Origin: Candidatus Poribacteria bacterium
GTDB taxonomy: Bacteria > Poribacteria > WGA-4E > JAJDTR01
Reading direction: 5' to 3'
NCBI GenBank assembly: GCA_965222225.1
Contig: CBDCTK010000002.1
Location: 4,640,001 to 4,704,000 of the forward strand
Length of the DNA stretch: 64,000 nt
Of this stretch, positions 19,440 to 31,063 are shown piece by piece. The first letter of the stretch is position 1. The number at the start of each line of letters is the position of its first letter. A program made the translations under genes and the position numbers. A model generated the notes under the pieces. That model was not told the DNA's origin and ran no database searches. It saw nothing but the letters and a program-made list of their open reading frames with translations.

Positions 19440-22400
19440 ATGTTTGGACGTAAATACCCGCTGGTACTCTCTATCCTATGTTTCTTGTGCCTCATGTTCG
19501 TGCTTTTGGCAATTGCCCCTGCTCAAAACGCCGATGCGACAGACGAAAAAATCATTGAACGCTACAAACTGATGTTGGAACGGAAGCCGAAGGAGGACAA
19601 TACATTTGACCGTCTCTACCAATTCTACACCGAGGGAGCAGGTGTTGAGCGGATGGTCGCCGATTATCAAGCGGAGATAGAAGCCAAACCAAACAACTCA
19701 AACCTTCAATTGATTTTGGGACACATCTACAAGCGATTGGGCAAATATACGGATGCCATCGCCGCTTACAATCGCGCCATCGAACTTGCACCAAACGATT
19801 ATTATCCTCATTTTGCGCTAGGACAAGCGTATACCACGCTTCGTCAGCACGAAGATGCAATTCCGGCGCTGACACAGGCGGCTGAACTTGCAACAACATC
19901 GCACGCCGCGCCACTTGATGAGCTGATCGCCCTCTATAAAACTCTCGGCAGTGCCTATTTCAGCCGAGACCGGGTGGAGGAAGCGATTTCGGCATGGAGT
20001 AAAATCGCTGAGATTCATCCGCAGAACATCTTTACTCGCGCTGAACTTGCCGACCTATTCCGCGAACAAGAATTGTATACACAGGCTATCGAACAGTACG
20101 AGGCGATCATCCTACTCGAAAAAGATGATCCGTATCGTGTGTGCCTCAGTTATCGGGAGATTGGGAAGATTCAGGAGGAGAAGGGCGATTATCAAAAAGC
20201 TATCCAAAGCTACGACGCTGCCATAACGCTGACAACGCCGGGAAATTGGCTACGGAAAGATGTGCATCGACGCATCATTGGTGTGTTCGCCTCCGACGGA
20301 AATTGGCAGGGCTTGGTCGCTTACTATCAGAGGAAACTCCAAACCGCACCCAATGACCCCGAACTCATCGGTTTGTTGACTTCGGCGTACATTGAGAATC
20401 AACAACTCGACGAAGGAATCGATGCCTATCGGAAGGCGCTGGAGCTTGCCCCGGCGGACACTGCATTACGCCTTGAACTTATCACGGTCCTCCGAAACGC
20501 CGAAAAATTTGACGAGGCAGCGGCGGAGTACGAATTCCTCAGTGGAAGTCACCTGACGATTTAGGTATCTACCGTGAGCTCGGTGAGTTGTATCTGGAAC
20601 TTCAGGACGAAAACCGAGCGAAAACAACCTTTCAACGTATGATTGGCCGCGGCCCGGGGATTGCCGGGATTCACCTTTCCCTTGCCGACATCTATGCTAG
20701 CCATGAATGGACAGATGATGCGGTTGCCGCCTATGAAAAAGCCGCCTCACTCGCACCTAATAATCTCGATTATATCCAGTATTATGGCGAATATTACTTG
20801 CGCCAGGGCAAACGAGATAAGGCAGTGGAATTCTGGAATCGGATGATCGCCGGGGACAAAGCTATCCCAGAGAATTATGACCGGCTCGCACGATTGCTTT
20901 GGATACATGACTTCCGTACCGATGCCATAACCGCTAGTCGGAATGCCGCGGCGTTGGCGCCAGCGGAGTATCGCTATCGTGAAGTATTGGCACGGCGGTT
21001 GATGGAGAACAAGGAGTACGATGCCGCGCTGTCCGAATACGCCGAAGCGTCGAAACTCGCGCCCAACGAATATTTTGCCGAGCGGATGAACGACCAGCAA
21101 GTCGAAATTTTTCGGCGTCAAGGTGTCTTGGCAGAGCAGATTGAGAAGGTTGAAACGGCTCCGAAAACCTTTAATCGAGAGAAGATCCTTGCCAAGATGT
21201 ATATCAAATTGGGAAACGTAACCAATGCGATCGAGTCCTGGATTCAAGCAAAGACACTTAAACCAGATGATGTATCCGTTAACCGCGAATTGGCAGCGCT
21301 TTATGCTAAGCAAGGGCTTGGAGAAGAAGCCGTTGCCATCTACGAACACCTGGCAAAGATCGATTCTGGCAATGCACGAGAATATTTTTCTGGTATAGCA
21401 CGTCTTCAACTAAAAGCTAAAAACTTCAATGCTGCAATTCGGAGTGCAAAACAGGTAATTGCGCTCAGCCCTCGAAATCCGGAAGGCCATCAACTGCTGG
21501 CGAGTATCGAGCGCCAACAAGAAAATTACGCCGAAGCCATTAAAAATCTCAAACAGGCAATCCGCCTGCAGGCAGATGCTGCAGACATTCGCGCCGAATT
21601 AGCGGAGGTGTACAGACTGGCTGGAGAAAATCGATTGGCGATTGACCAGTATTGGCAGTGTTGGGATTTAAGTAAGGATCTCAATGATAAGCTTTCATTG
21701 GTCGATGAGATGATGGAGGTTTACGATAACCTCGGCACAAGCGGCGCGTTCAAAGAGAAACTCCGTACACTGAACCAAGCGCATCCCCCCGACCCCGCAC
21801 CTGCTATGGCGTTGACGGAATTGTACCGAAAGCAAGGTGAATTTCCCGCCGCCATATCACAATTGGAAGAGACACTGGAATATAACCCGGAAAATCCGAA
21901 TCTGCTGAGCCGAGTTGCCGAGATGAATCACGAGTTTGGTAACACTGAAGAGGCGATTGTATATCAGCAACTGCTTGTTAAAATCCAACCTGATTCAGCG
22001 CATCAACAGCGACTCGCCGAGTTCCTCTTTGAGGCCGGGCGAGAACGAGAAGCGATTCAAGCCTGGAGAAGGTTGCTACACGCCAGAAATCAGACGGTTG
22101 AGGCAGAGATTCAACTTGCATCCCTGCTCATGCGCTATGATTTGCAGGATGAGGCACGCCTCGCTTTGGATCGCGCGGGCGAAAGAGTCAAAACAGCAGA
22201 AAGACGCTACCAAATTGGTGCGTTGCTGGTGCAGTTGAACGAGCTGGAATCTGCCACCCGACATTTCGAGCATATACTGACGATGTCAGAACCAGAACGG
22301 GCGATGGGGAAGAATACCGGCCTTATTGGGCGTGCGACCGCTCCGCGATCCCAGAAAACGTCCCCGTCCGACACACATCGGTTGCGTCGTCCCAAAGAGC

Positions 22401-25400
22401 TTGTGCGGAAAATCCAATCTCCGAGTCAAAGCCCGGCGGGGAGCCCATGGATGCCAACCAATTTTGCAGATGCCCAAGCCGGTGCATTAACCCAACTCTT
22501 TCTAATCGCTAAGCAGATAGGGAAGCTTGATGCATTCGTCGAAGCCATCAAGGCAAACGCAGGATTAAAACCGCACGACCTTAAAGCACTGGAAAAATTA
22601 GCACAGGTCTACATCCTCACAAACAACCGTGACGATGCTGTCCGGGCTATTAACCGACTTGTCGCCCTGTCTCCCAACGATTATACATACTTAAGAGTTC
22701 AACTCAACTATGCGCTGCAAAAGGATCTTGATTATGAAACCGCGAAAAACTATATTGATCGTCTCAGTGCTTTCACCATGGAAACACGGCTGTGGGATGC
22801 CTGCCGCTTGGCGAGAACACTCCACTACCAAGGAAGGCGAGATGATGCCAAAAGGTTAATGTCCGGGACCGGATTCTCGATTGACGATCCCTACAAGACC
22901 ACAACAAATATGAAGGTGATATTCGAGGTATTTCGGGTACTAACACAGTTGGGGGAAATGGACGCAGCGGAGGTGTTGCTATCACAATTTGCTTCTCCGC
23001 CAATCAATCCCGAGATTAAAATGGCACATCGTCTGCAATCGTGGTATCACGAAGCGATGTATAACCACCTCTCGGATGCATACCTGCGCAATGGACAGAT
23101 TGACGAAGCCATTACATTCTTCTGGAATTATCTTGATCGCGTTAATCCCATAGTTCAGAATACCACCACCACATCAAGTACAGGTAGCTGGAATCAACGT
23201 GTTCTAAATGACTTCCCGGCGACGAGCATCTACTATGATAGTACTCGGTTGAGGCTGTTGCGGACGTTATTTCTCTATCACTGGGCGCAAGATCAACTTG
23301 AACCGCTGTATGCAATGTTCCAAGCGAAATTGGAGCGAGCCGAGGGGACAAAGAAAATTTATCCCGCTCTGGCGTTGAGTTATTTTTTTGGTGGGAGGAG
23401 TCGCCCGATAAATCACGTGAGGTTTTGGCGAAAGTCCAAGTCAGATTTCCCGAGAACCTGACGTTGATGCGCCACACGGCTTTGATTGCCATCCTGACCG
23501 GAAAACATGAAGAAGCAATGACGGCACTCAACCTACTTGCGAATAAAGATTGGCAAAACCTCGAGCAGTACGATGAATCCATGCTGCAAATCGCCATTCA
23601 TGTCGGAAATACAAGCAAGGTGCGCGAATTATTGCCGAGAATACTTGCTTCAGTAAAGGATGCCGAATCGCTTTTTCGAATTGTCCAGAAACTCCAGAAG
23701 AGCGGATTAACACGTTACGCGGTTGCAGCGGCGAAGAAGGCAGTGACACTTTCTCAAGGAAAACACAACACATATTTCCTAGGACAATTAAGTCAGCAGT
23801 TGGAAGAACTCGGTAGAGGACATGAAGTTGCGAATCTGGCAAAACACCTGAGACATCCTACCAACCCACGTACACGCAGCGGACGGGGTTCGATCCAATG
23901 GAACTACCGGCACCCCCAGAATATAGCCGGTTGGCGCACAAACCCGGCACGCGAAGCGCAACTCCGTGCCGTGATCGAGAAAAATCCAACCTCTTTCCAG
24001 GCACAAATTCGCCTTGCTTCCTATTACGAAGGGGTGAACGATGTTGACGGTGCCGCCAAAACCCTTGAAGCCGCACTATCCATTAAACCGAAGCATTATC
24101 TAACGCGGAGACGATACGCCCAAATCTTAATGCGCGGAGAAAAGCCTGATGCCGCTGCTGCTCAGTACGCAATCTTGTTAAAGCATAACCCAAATGCCCT
24201 CGCCAATAGTCATGTAGCTGCCTTCTGGTGCGGAACCTGCAATAATCATCGTGAAGTGATTAGCCCGTTCTTCGATGCTGAAAAAGTCGATGAAATCGTG
24301 GCGCTAACGAAGGAGCTTCTCGGACCGCCGCGGCGCGTTAGCTTCAGCCGCCCGTTTGCCACTGAAGTTGCGGAACGATGTCTTGAAAGCAACCTACCGC
24401 GCGAAGCGTCAGAAATTTATGAGAAGTTGGTGGTAGATACCACCGACAGCTATACGTACAACCAACTCGCGTCTGCGTACTCAGCGGCAGGCGAGCACGA
24501 AAAAGCCATCAAATTTCTACGCAGTAAATTGGATTCGCCAGATTCTGCCAACGCAAAAGACAAGAATTCTCGAATTCACATGGTTCGTCGGCTCATTAAG
24601 CTTTACAATGCCACGGGAAAGTTCAATATCTTGCGCGAAGAATATGAAGAACAACTGGCACAAAAGCCCAAGGACACGTTGCAAATATACTTGGTGACCT
24701 TAATACGGCTCTCAGACGGCGACATTGACGGCGCGGAGCGCCTTGTGAATCAACTGATAGAGGATGATTCAGTGACGTATTTTTGGTGGTTTGAATATCT
24801 CGCAGAGCTATATCGCACTGCAGGCGATTATGAGCGCGAGGCACGCGTGCTCGATCGAGCAATCCAAAAACTGAGACTGCATCCCTCTAACTTGCGATCT
24901 CCTCATGAATTGTCACAGGCGTACGAAAAACTTGCGGCTGCCTGCTTTAAATCCGGAGATACGGTCAGGGCAAAAGAGTACATCAAGAAAAAGAAAACTA
25001 TGAGCTTGGTAGAAAGTGGAGTCGGTTCTTTTTTTCACATTGCAAATCTGTATAGCCAGTATGAAATGTGGGCCGAGGCAGAGGCGACGTATACGAAGGT
25101 TTTGGACCGCCTGTCCAACGGTCAATATGTTCGTCAACAGACAGAACGATATCTCATTGAGATAAACTCCCGCAAGGGTGAGTCAAAAACAGACGTTGCC
25201 TCCATTGAGAAGTTGAGAGAGATAGATCTCGGTATGCGCCGTGCTTTGGCAAAGCATTACAAGGATCGAGGAAAGATGAATGAGGCGATAGAGCTTTTCA
25301 AGCAAATCGCTGAGAGGATGCCGGGGGACCTCGAATCTCGCGTCCAACTCGCGGAAGTCTATACTCGCCAAAAGAGATTTGATAAAGCATTTACGGAGTG

Positions 25401-26840
25401 GCGGAGGTTGTTGGAAGCAGATCCGGAAAACACGAAGTTTCAAAGAGGGCTTGTGGCGGCTCAAGAAGCCGCAGGCAATATCGACCATGCAATCCAACTT
25501 CTGAAAAAGTACATTGACTCCGAAGCAACTACTGTGCATTACCCGATTTGGCTGAACTCTACGTCAGGACTGGCCGTGTGGATGAAGCGATTAGTGCTTA
25601 TCAAAAGGCAATTGAGATAAATCCCGGCGATAGAAGCGTGCACCAAAAGTTGGCTCGGCTGTATCTCCGAAAAGAGGACTTTGAGGCGGCTGAAAAGGCT
25701 TTTCACCAAGATCTGCGATACAACGAAGATTGGTTGAGTTTTGATGGCACCGAAAACCAGCTTATACAGCTCTATCTCCGGCAAGACAAACTGGAAGAGA
25801 AGCTTAAACAAGCAGAAAAAGAAGGTACCCTCACGTTTGGAATGCAGAAGAAGCGAGCGGAGCATTACCGGGACCAAGGCGAATTGGAAAAAGCGGCTAA
25901 AGCTTATAAAAAAGCGTTAGAAATGCCAACACGTAGTTGGCACAAAGCAAGGATTACTAGAGAATTGGTGACGATTTACGCACGACTTGGTCAGACTAAA
26001 TCTGCGGTCGAACTCTACGAGCAGCTTTCTCAAGCAAGTCCGCAAAACGGCTTTCCTTCCTTCCATCTAGCCATGACGGCGTCTGGCTCCAAAGTCTGCT
26101 TCAGTCGAGAGGCGCAAGCCCATGGGGAGTCGGGGGAGATACTATCTTCCATTAGCACATTCAGTGTATTCGGTTTCTCGGTAGATGACGCCGACAACGC
26201 CCGCCGAAGCATTATCAAGGTCTATCGGGATGCGGGTAAGTTGAAGTTCCTTCTAGCCTACCTACAGAAGCGCAGTAAAACGAATCCGGAAAACCCGGCA
26301 CTGTTCGAAATCATCGCTGAGATCCATTACAACCGGGGGGATCATGCAAAAGCCGCGATAAACTACCAGCAGGTTTGTAAATTGCAGCCAGAAAACGTCC
26401 GGAGTTTTTACTACGCTGCAGCACATTTGAATAACAGTAATCTACCGGAGCGTGCACAAGCAATGTTGAACGGAGGCAAAATCGCTCGCGCCCGCTACGG
26501 TAGTGGGCAGTGGAATCGGAGTATGTGGGGACTGGCAGCACTCGGTAGCATTTGCAGTGAAGGCGGGTTGTACGACGCGGCAATTGAGTTGTTCCAAGCC
26601 GCCGTGGCGAATCAAAAGAAACCGAGCCGCAAATCTGAGCCAATATTGTATCACATGACCGCGCAGACATATCTGGAACTAAAGCGGTATGCTGAAGCAG
26701 TCGAAGCCTTTCGAAAAATGGAGGAGGTCTCTACAGACGATCACGTTAGAAAAGTCGCTCAAGAAGGGATGCACAAGGCGCGCCGTGAGGGGAATTTGCC
26801 TGATGAATCCATCAGTGAGGAGACTCAGATTGCTCAGTAA
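19440..26840 (+). CDS. Giant secreted tetratricopeptide-repeat protein (about 2,470 aa), split by three apparent 1-bp deletions
   Basis: Signal peptide ending ...AQNADA, with TPRs throughout four consecutive ORFs. Each junction is a -1 shift that restores continuous TPR sequence: about 20546 (xSPDDLGIYRELGELYL), T7 run 23383-23389 (YFFWWEESPDKS), C3 run 25542-25544 (HYPDLAELY). Confidence 0.85.
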
Positions 26841-26932
26841 GGAGATTTACGCCCATAAACGCATGCAAGCATCCTGAAAAGTATCTAAAACGAGAAGATG
26901 CCAATCGTTCCCCACGCAATCAACAGTGATTT

Positions 26933-28720
26933 ATGATCCCCACCTTTACACTCCCACTCGGCTTCCTCGCACTCTTGGCTGTCCCGATCCTCGTCGGCAT
27001 CTACCTGTTGCGCACCCGATCTCGACGTTACCCAGTGTCCAGCCTGATGCTTTGGGTGAATCAGAAGCAAGCGCGCCAAGGCGGTCTGAGGATTGAGCGC
27101 TTACAGACGCCCCTCCTGTTCCTGTTGGAACTCCTTGCCCTCATCTTTCTGGCGCTCGCGATAGCCGAACCAATTATTCGAACCTCCAAGAGCCAGATAC
27201 CGTTGACTGTCGTTTTGGATGACTCATTCTCAATGCTCGCAGGCGCTGAAGATACCCCGAAAAGCCGGGCGATAAAAGCCCTTGAAGAATTACTCACACC
27301 CGACGGTATTAATCCGCTTGCCAAGCCCCGCTACGGGGTACGTTACGTGCTCGCAGGGACAGAGCCGCAACTATTGAACGAGGTGGCAAAATCGGCGGGC
27401 GAAGCAATTGACGAACTTCAACGTTGGAGATGTCTTTCGCCGTCTGTGGACCTGGAGGCAGCGATATCCTTCGCCGCCGCGCTTGGCGATTCCAAAGCGC
27501 TCATGCTAATCGTAACGGACGGCCCGCCGGCACACCCACTTGAGTCAGACAGTATTCAGTGGTGGGGTTTTGGAATCCCTCAACCCAACGTCGCCTTTGT
27601 GAACGCCACACGGACCTCCGCCGAATCCGGTGAGCGATGCCTGTTCGAGATTACGAATCTCACCGGAGGCGTAAGAAAAACAGAACTCGTCGTCGAGTTA
27701 CATGACACTGTGATCGGCGAGTCGTCTGCTCGTCTTCACCATTCAACTCCCGATATCCGTCCGATGGAAACACATCGGGTTGTCCTGAGTCTGCCGCCAA
27801 GAACGCCGGCATTACGGGCGCAGATTGGCGATGATTCCCTGTCAATCGATAACACAGTCGTATTGCTTCCACAGATACGGAAACCGGTGCATGTGGACAT
27901 CCGAATCCAAGACCAGCGGCTACGATTTCTTGTTGAAGATGCTCTGGAAGCTACGGAAAGGAGTGTACCCACAACAACACAGCCCGAGTTAATCTTTCTG
28001 GATCAAGCAGCACTCGCGGATGACGCTAACGAGGCATGGATTATGCGCCTTGTGGTAGAGCCGGAAGCGTCGGCTTATCTAGGGCCCTTTGTCGTTAATC
28101 GTGCACACCCGTTGACCGAAGGGCTTTCATTCAACGGCGTTGTATGGGGGGCGGGAACAACGGAAGAGTTTATTGGGGTGCCTATCATTACTGCCGGCAA
28201 CGTCCCACTCTTGACTGACACAGAGCGGTACACCGGTGTTCATGAACTCCGTCTGCGTCTGCGCCCGGACCTCTCAACGCTTCAAACGTCGCCGAATTGG
28301 CCCGCTCTAATCTGGAATCTACTTGAGTGGCGTGCCTTGGAAACACCGGGGCTAGAACGCTCCAACCTTCGTTTAGGCGAGGTCGCGGTTCTGAGTACGA
28401 AATTGGGGGTTGAATCCATCCAAGTTATTTCACCCAATGGCGACATACGTGACCAACCCGTGCTTGAGAGGAAGGTCAACCTCATGGCTCAGGACGTTGG
28501 GATTTATAAGGTGGAGACGGGTAGCGAGAGATACGCCTTCTCATCAAACGCACTCCGCCAATCGGAATCCGACCTCCGTACTAGGGCATCAGGTAGATGG
28601 GGCGATTGGGGGAATACAACGCTAGAGTGGTGGGGATACCGGAGTTTCGCGTGGTTCTTCCTTCTCCTCGCCATCGCGACCTTAACGCTTCATCTAATCT
28701 TATCCAAGCGCGGAACCTAG
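26933..28720 (+). CDS. BatA-like N-terminal double-TM + vWA domain protein
   Basis: PLGFLALLAVPILVGIYLL...VSSLMLW...LLELLALIFLALAIAEP, MIDAS VLDDSFSM, TDG, and a C-terminal TM. Confidence 0.9.
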   Translation: MIPTFTLPLGFLALLAVPILVGIYLLRTRSRRYPVSSLMLWVNQKQARQGGLRIERLQTPLLFLLELLALIFLALAIAEPIIRTSKSQIPLTVVLDDSFSMLAGAEDTPKSRAIKALEELLTPDGINPLAKPRYGVRYVLAGTEPQLLNEVAKSAGEAIDELQRWRCLSPSVDLEAAISFAAALGDSKALMLIVTDGPPAHPLESDSIQWWGFGIPQPNVAFVNATRTSAESGERCLFEITNLTGGVRKTELVVELHDTVIGESSARLHHSTPDIRPMETHRVVLSLPPRTPALRAQIGDDSLSIDNTVVLLPQIRKPVHVDIRIQDQRLRFLVEDALEATERSVPTTTQPELIFLDQAALADDANEAWIMRLVVEPEASAYLGPFVVNRAHPLTEGLSFNGVVWGAGTTEEFIGVPIITAGNVPLLTDTERYTGVHELRLRLRPDLSTLQTSPNWPALIWNLLEWRALETPGLERSNLRLGEVAVLSTKLGVESIQVISPNGDIRDQPVLERKVNLMAQDVGIYKVETGSERYAFSSNALRQSESDLRTRASGRWGDWGNTTLEWWGYRSFAWFFLLLAIATLTLHLILSKRGT

Positions 28721-28808
28721 CACTATCAGCCGCAAAACATCATGCTTTCGATCGCACCTGCTAGGTTGCCAAATCCAGCAGTTTTCCCCAAACACCCCAA
28801 ATTCATCC

Positions 28809-28837
28809 TTGACATATTCACAACCTCAGTATATACC
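28809..28837 (+). promoter_or_regulatory. Candidate sigma70 promoter for the defence cluster
   Basis: Perfect TTGACA, 17 nt, TATACC. AGGAGG RBS precedes TTG 28926. Confidence 0.4.
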
Positions 28838-28925
28838 TATTGTGTGTCCGATGCAAAAAGCGGTGAAACAGAAACAGCACTACTTCGAGGTTGCCAAAAA
28901 GCTAGCAATATAGGAGGCCCATCAT

Positions 28926-30977
28926 TTGAAAGCAAATGAAGAAAATCTGCTAAAATTCTTGGATGGCACGAAACAGTTCATGCTGCCCATTTATCAACGC
29001 CGCTACAGTTGGGAGAAGGAACAATGCGACCAGTTATGGGATGACGTGTTGCGTGTCGGACAGAATGAAAACATTAAGTCGCATTTCCTCGGGTCAATTG
29101 TTTCCAGAGAAGAAGCTAGCACTAGGGTGCAGCGATTGTTAGTCATTGACGGGCAACAGAGATTGACGACGCTCTCGCTGCTGCTTTCGGTACTTGGTAG
29201 AGCCATAGAGGCGGAGAACGCCGATTTTCCGATCAGTCGCAATCAGATAGAAGGATACTATCTCTTCAATGAAAAGGAAGATGGTGAACTGCGCTATAAA
29301 CAGTTGCTCACGGAACACGACAGGGATGCTCTCACTGAACTGTTGGAAGAAGGAGATGCTTCTGACGCTATATCTTTGCTGGTGGATAATTACCGAGGCT
29401 TTGAGGATAGACTCAAGAATGCTGACCTTGAAGTAGTGTATAAAGGGATTCAGAAGTTAATGATTGTCAGCATTGCACTAGAGTCGGGTTCCGATGAACC
29501 GCAACTGATTTTCGAGAGTCTAAACTCCACCGGACTCGCTCTTTCGCAAGCCGACCTCATCCGGAATTATGTACTCATGGGTCAGGAACATAATGTGCAA
29601 ACCAGATTGTATCAGACCTACTGGTATCCGATGGAGCAGAGATTTGGTGATGAATACTCAAAGCGATTCAATCTTTTCATTAGAGACTATCTGACCCTGA
29701 AAACCGGACAGATTCCAAATAAAGGAAAGATTTACGAAAGCTTCAAGAGGTATGTAGATGACAAGAGGCACCCTGAGGCCCTTGAGAAGGAAATAGGAGA
29801 AATTGCTCGCAATTCGGAACACTATGTTCGCATAGTATTGCTTCAAGAACCAGACCGAGACCTCCGAGCTTGCTTTAAGGACATTAAGACTCTTGGTGTT
29901 GAAGTTGCCTATCCGTTTTTATTGGGCGTCTATGGGGACTACGCGGAAAAGCGACTCCCAAAGGAAGAGGTCATAGAAACTCTTCGTTTGGTGGAAAGTT
30001 ATGTTTTCCGCCGCACAGTTTGTGATATTCCACGAAATACCTTGAACAAGACATTTGCTAGTATGATGGGACGAGTTAATAAAGACAAATACCTTCAAAG
30101 TCTGAAAACCGTTTTCTCGCGAATGACCGGGCGCCAACTTTTCCCTACGGATAAGGAATTCCGGCGGGAATTTCAGTCTAGAAACATGTATGACCTTGAC
30201 ACTTGCAATTATCTCCTAGACAAGCTAGAAAACCACGAACGCAGCAAGGAGCTCGTTCCTGTTGGAGATCATGCGTATACGACAGAGCACGTCATGCCGC
30301 AAACGTTGACCGACGAATGGCAAGAAGAGCTAGGTGATAACTGGGCGGAAGTACACGAGACGTATCTCCACACGATAGGTAACCTCACCCTTACCGGCTA
30401 CAATCAAAAGCTAGGCAATGCTAGCTTCAGGGAAAAACAGGAGATGACAGGAGGATTTCGTGATAGCCCATTACGATTGAATGCGAGTCTTCGCAAAGTG
30501 GAGCGATGGGACGAAGACGCTATTGTAAAGCGGGCGGAGATGCTTGCGGAGAAAGCGTGCAAAATCTGGCCGGACCATGGTGTTGATCGAGAAACTCAGC
30601 AGGGAAGGTCATCAGGCTGGAGGTTGTCTGACCATCGTCACCTGAACGGCAAGATGCTAGATTTATTCGAGCAATTGCAGCGTTGCATTCTGAGTTTAGA
30701 TACTAGAGTTCGTCGGCAAATCAATAAATATACTATTGTTTACAAAGTTCACAGAATGTTCGTGGACATCGAGCCACAGGCCAGCCAACTCCGTTTGTCG
30801 CTAAACATTCCCTTTCCAGAGATTGATGATCCGCGCGGATTATGCCGAGACGTGACGCATGTCGGCCATTTAGGTTTGGGAGATGTAGATGTCCGAATTT
30901 CCTCTGTTGGTGAACTCGACGATGCCATGTCCCTAATTCGTAAGGCTTATGAAAAACAGATCTCGGTTGAAACATAA
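28926..30977 (+). CDS. GmrSD-family type IV restriction endonuclease (DUF262 + DUF1524 HNH) with a C-terminal DUF5655-like domain
   Basis: PIYQRRYSW, IDGQQRLTT and IFESLN (DUF262). TEHVMPQ...IGNLTLTGYNQKLGN (HNH). C-terminal DDPRGLCRDVTHVGHLGLGD domain. Confidence 0.9.
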   Translation: MKANEENLLKFLDGTKQFMLPIYQRRYSWEKEQCDQLWDDVLRVGQNENIKSHFLGSIVSREEASTRVQRLLVIDGQQRLTTLSLLLSVLGRAIEAENADFPISRNQIEGYYLFNEKEDGELRYKQLLTEHDRDALTELLEEGDASDAISLLVDNYRGFEDRLKNADLEVVYKGIQKLMIVSIALESGSDEPQLIFESLNSTGLALSQADLIRNYVLMGQEHNVQTRLYQTYWYPMEQRFGDEYSKRFNLFIRDYLTLKTGQIPNKGKIYESFKRYVDDKRHPEALEKEIGEIARNSEHYVRIVLLQEPDRDLRACFKDIKTLGVEVAYPFLLGVYGDYAEKRLPKEEVIETLRLVESYVFRRTVCDIPRNTLNKTFASMMGRVNKDKYLQSLKTVFSRMTGRQLFPTDKEFRREFQSRNMYDLDTCNYLLDKLENHERSKELVPVGDHAYTTEHVMPQTLTDEWQEELGDNWAEVHETYLHTIGNLTLTGYNQKLGNASFREKQEMTGGFRDSPLRLNASLRKVERWDEDAIVKRAEMLAEKACKIWPDHGVDRETQQGRSSGWRLSDHRHLNGKMLDLFEQLQRCILSLDTRVRRQINKYTIVYKVHRMFVDIEPQASQLRLSLNIPFPEIDDPRGLCRDVTHVGHLGLGDVDVRISSVGELDDAMSLIRKAYEKQISVET

Positions 30978-31063
30978 CATATTGTTCTAAAGGTCTTCTC
31001 ATATCGGTTGAAGGAGCGGAATTCTGTTGGCGGAAAGCAATGTTAAAACGGTAGGATATTGAA

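Noticed and set aside
24229-24249. Heme c attachment site in the TPR protein
   Set aside because: The motif is CGTCN, not CxxCH.
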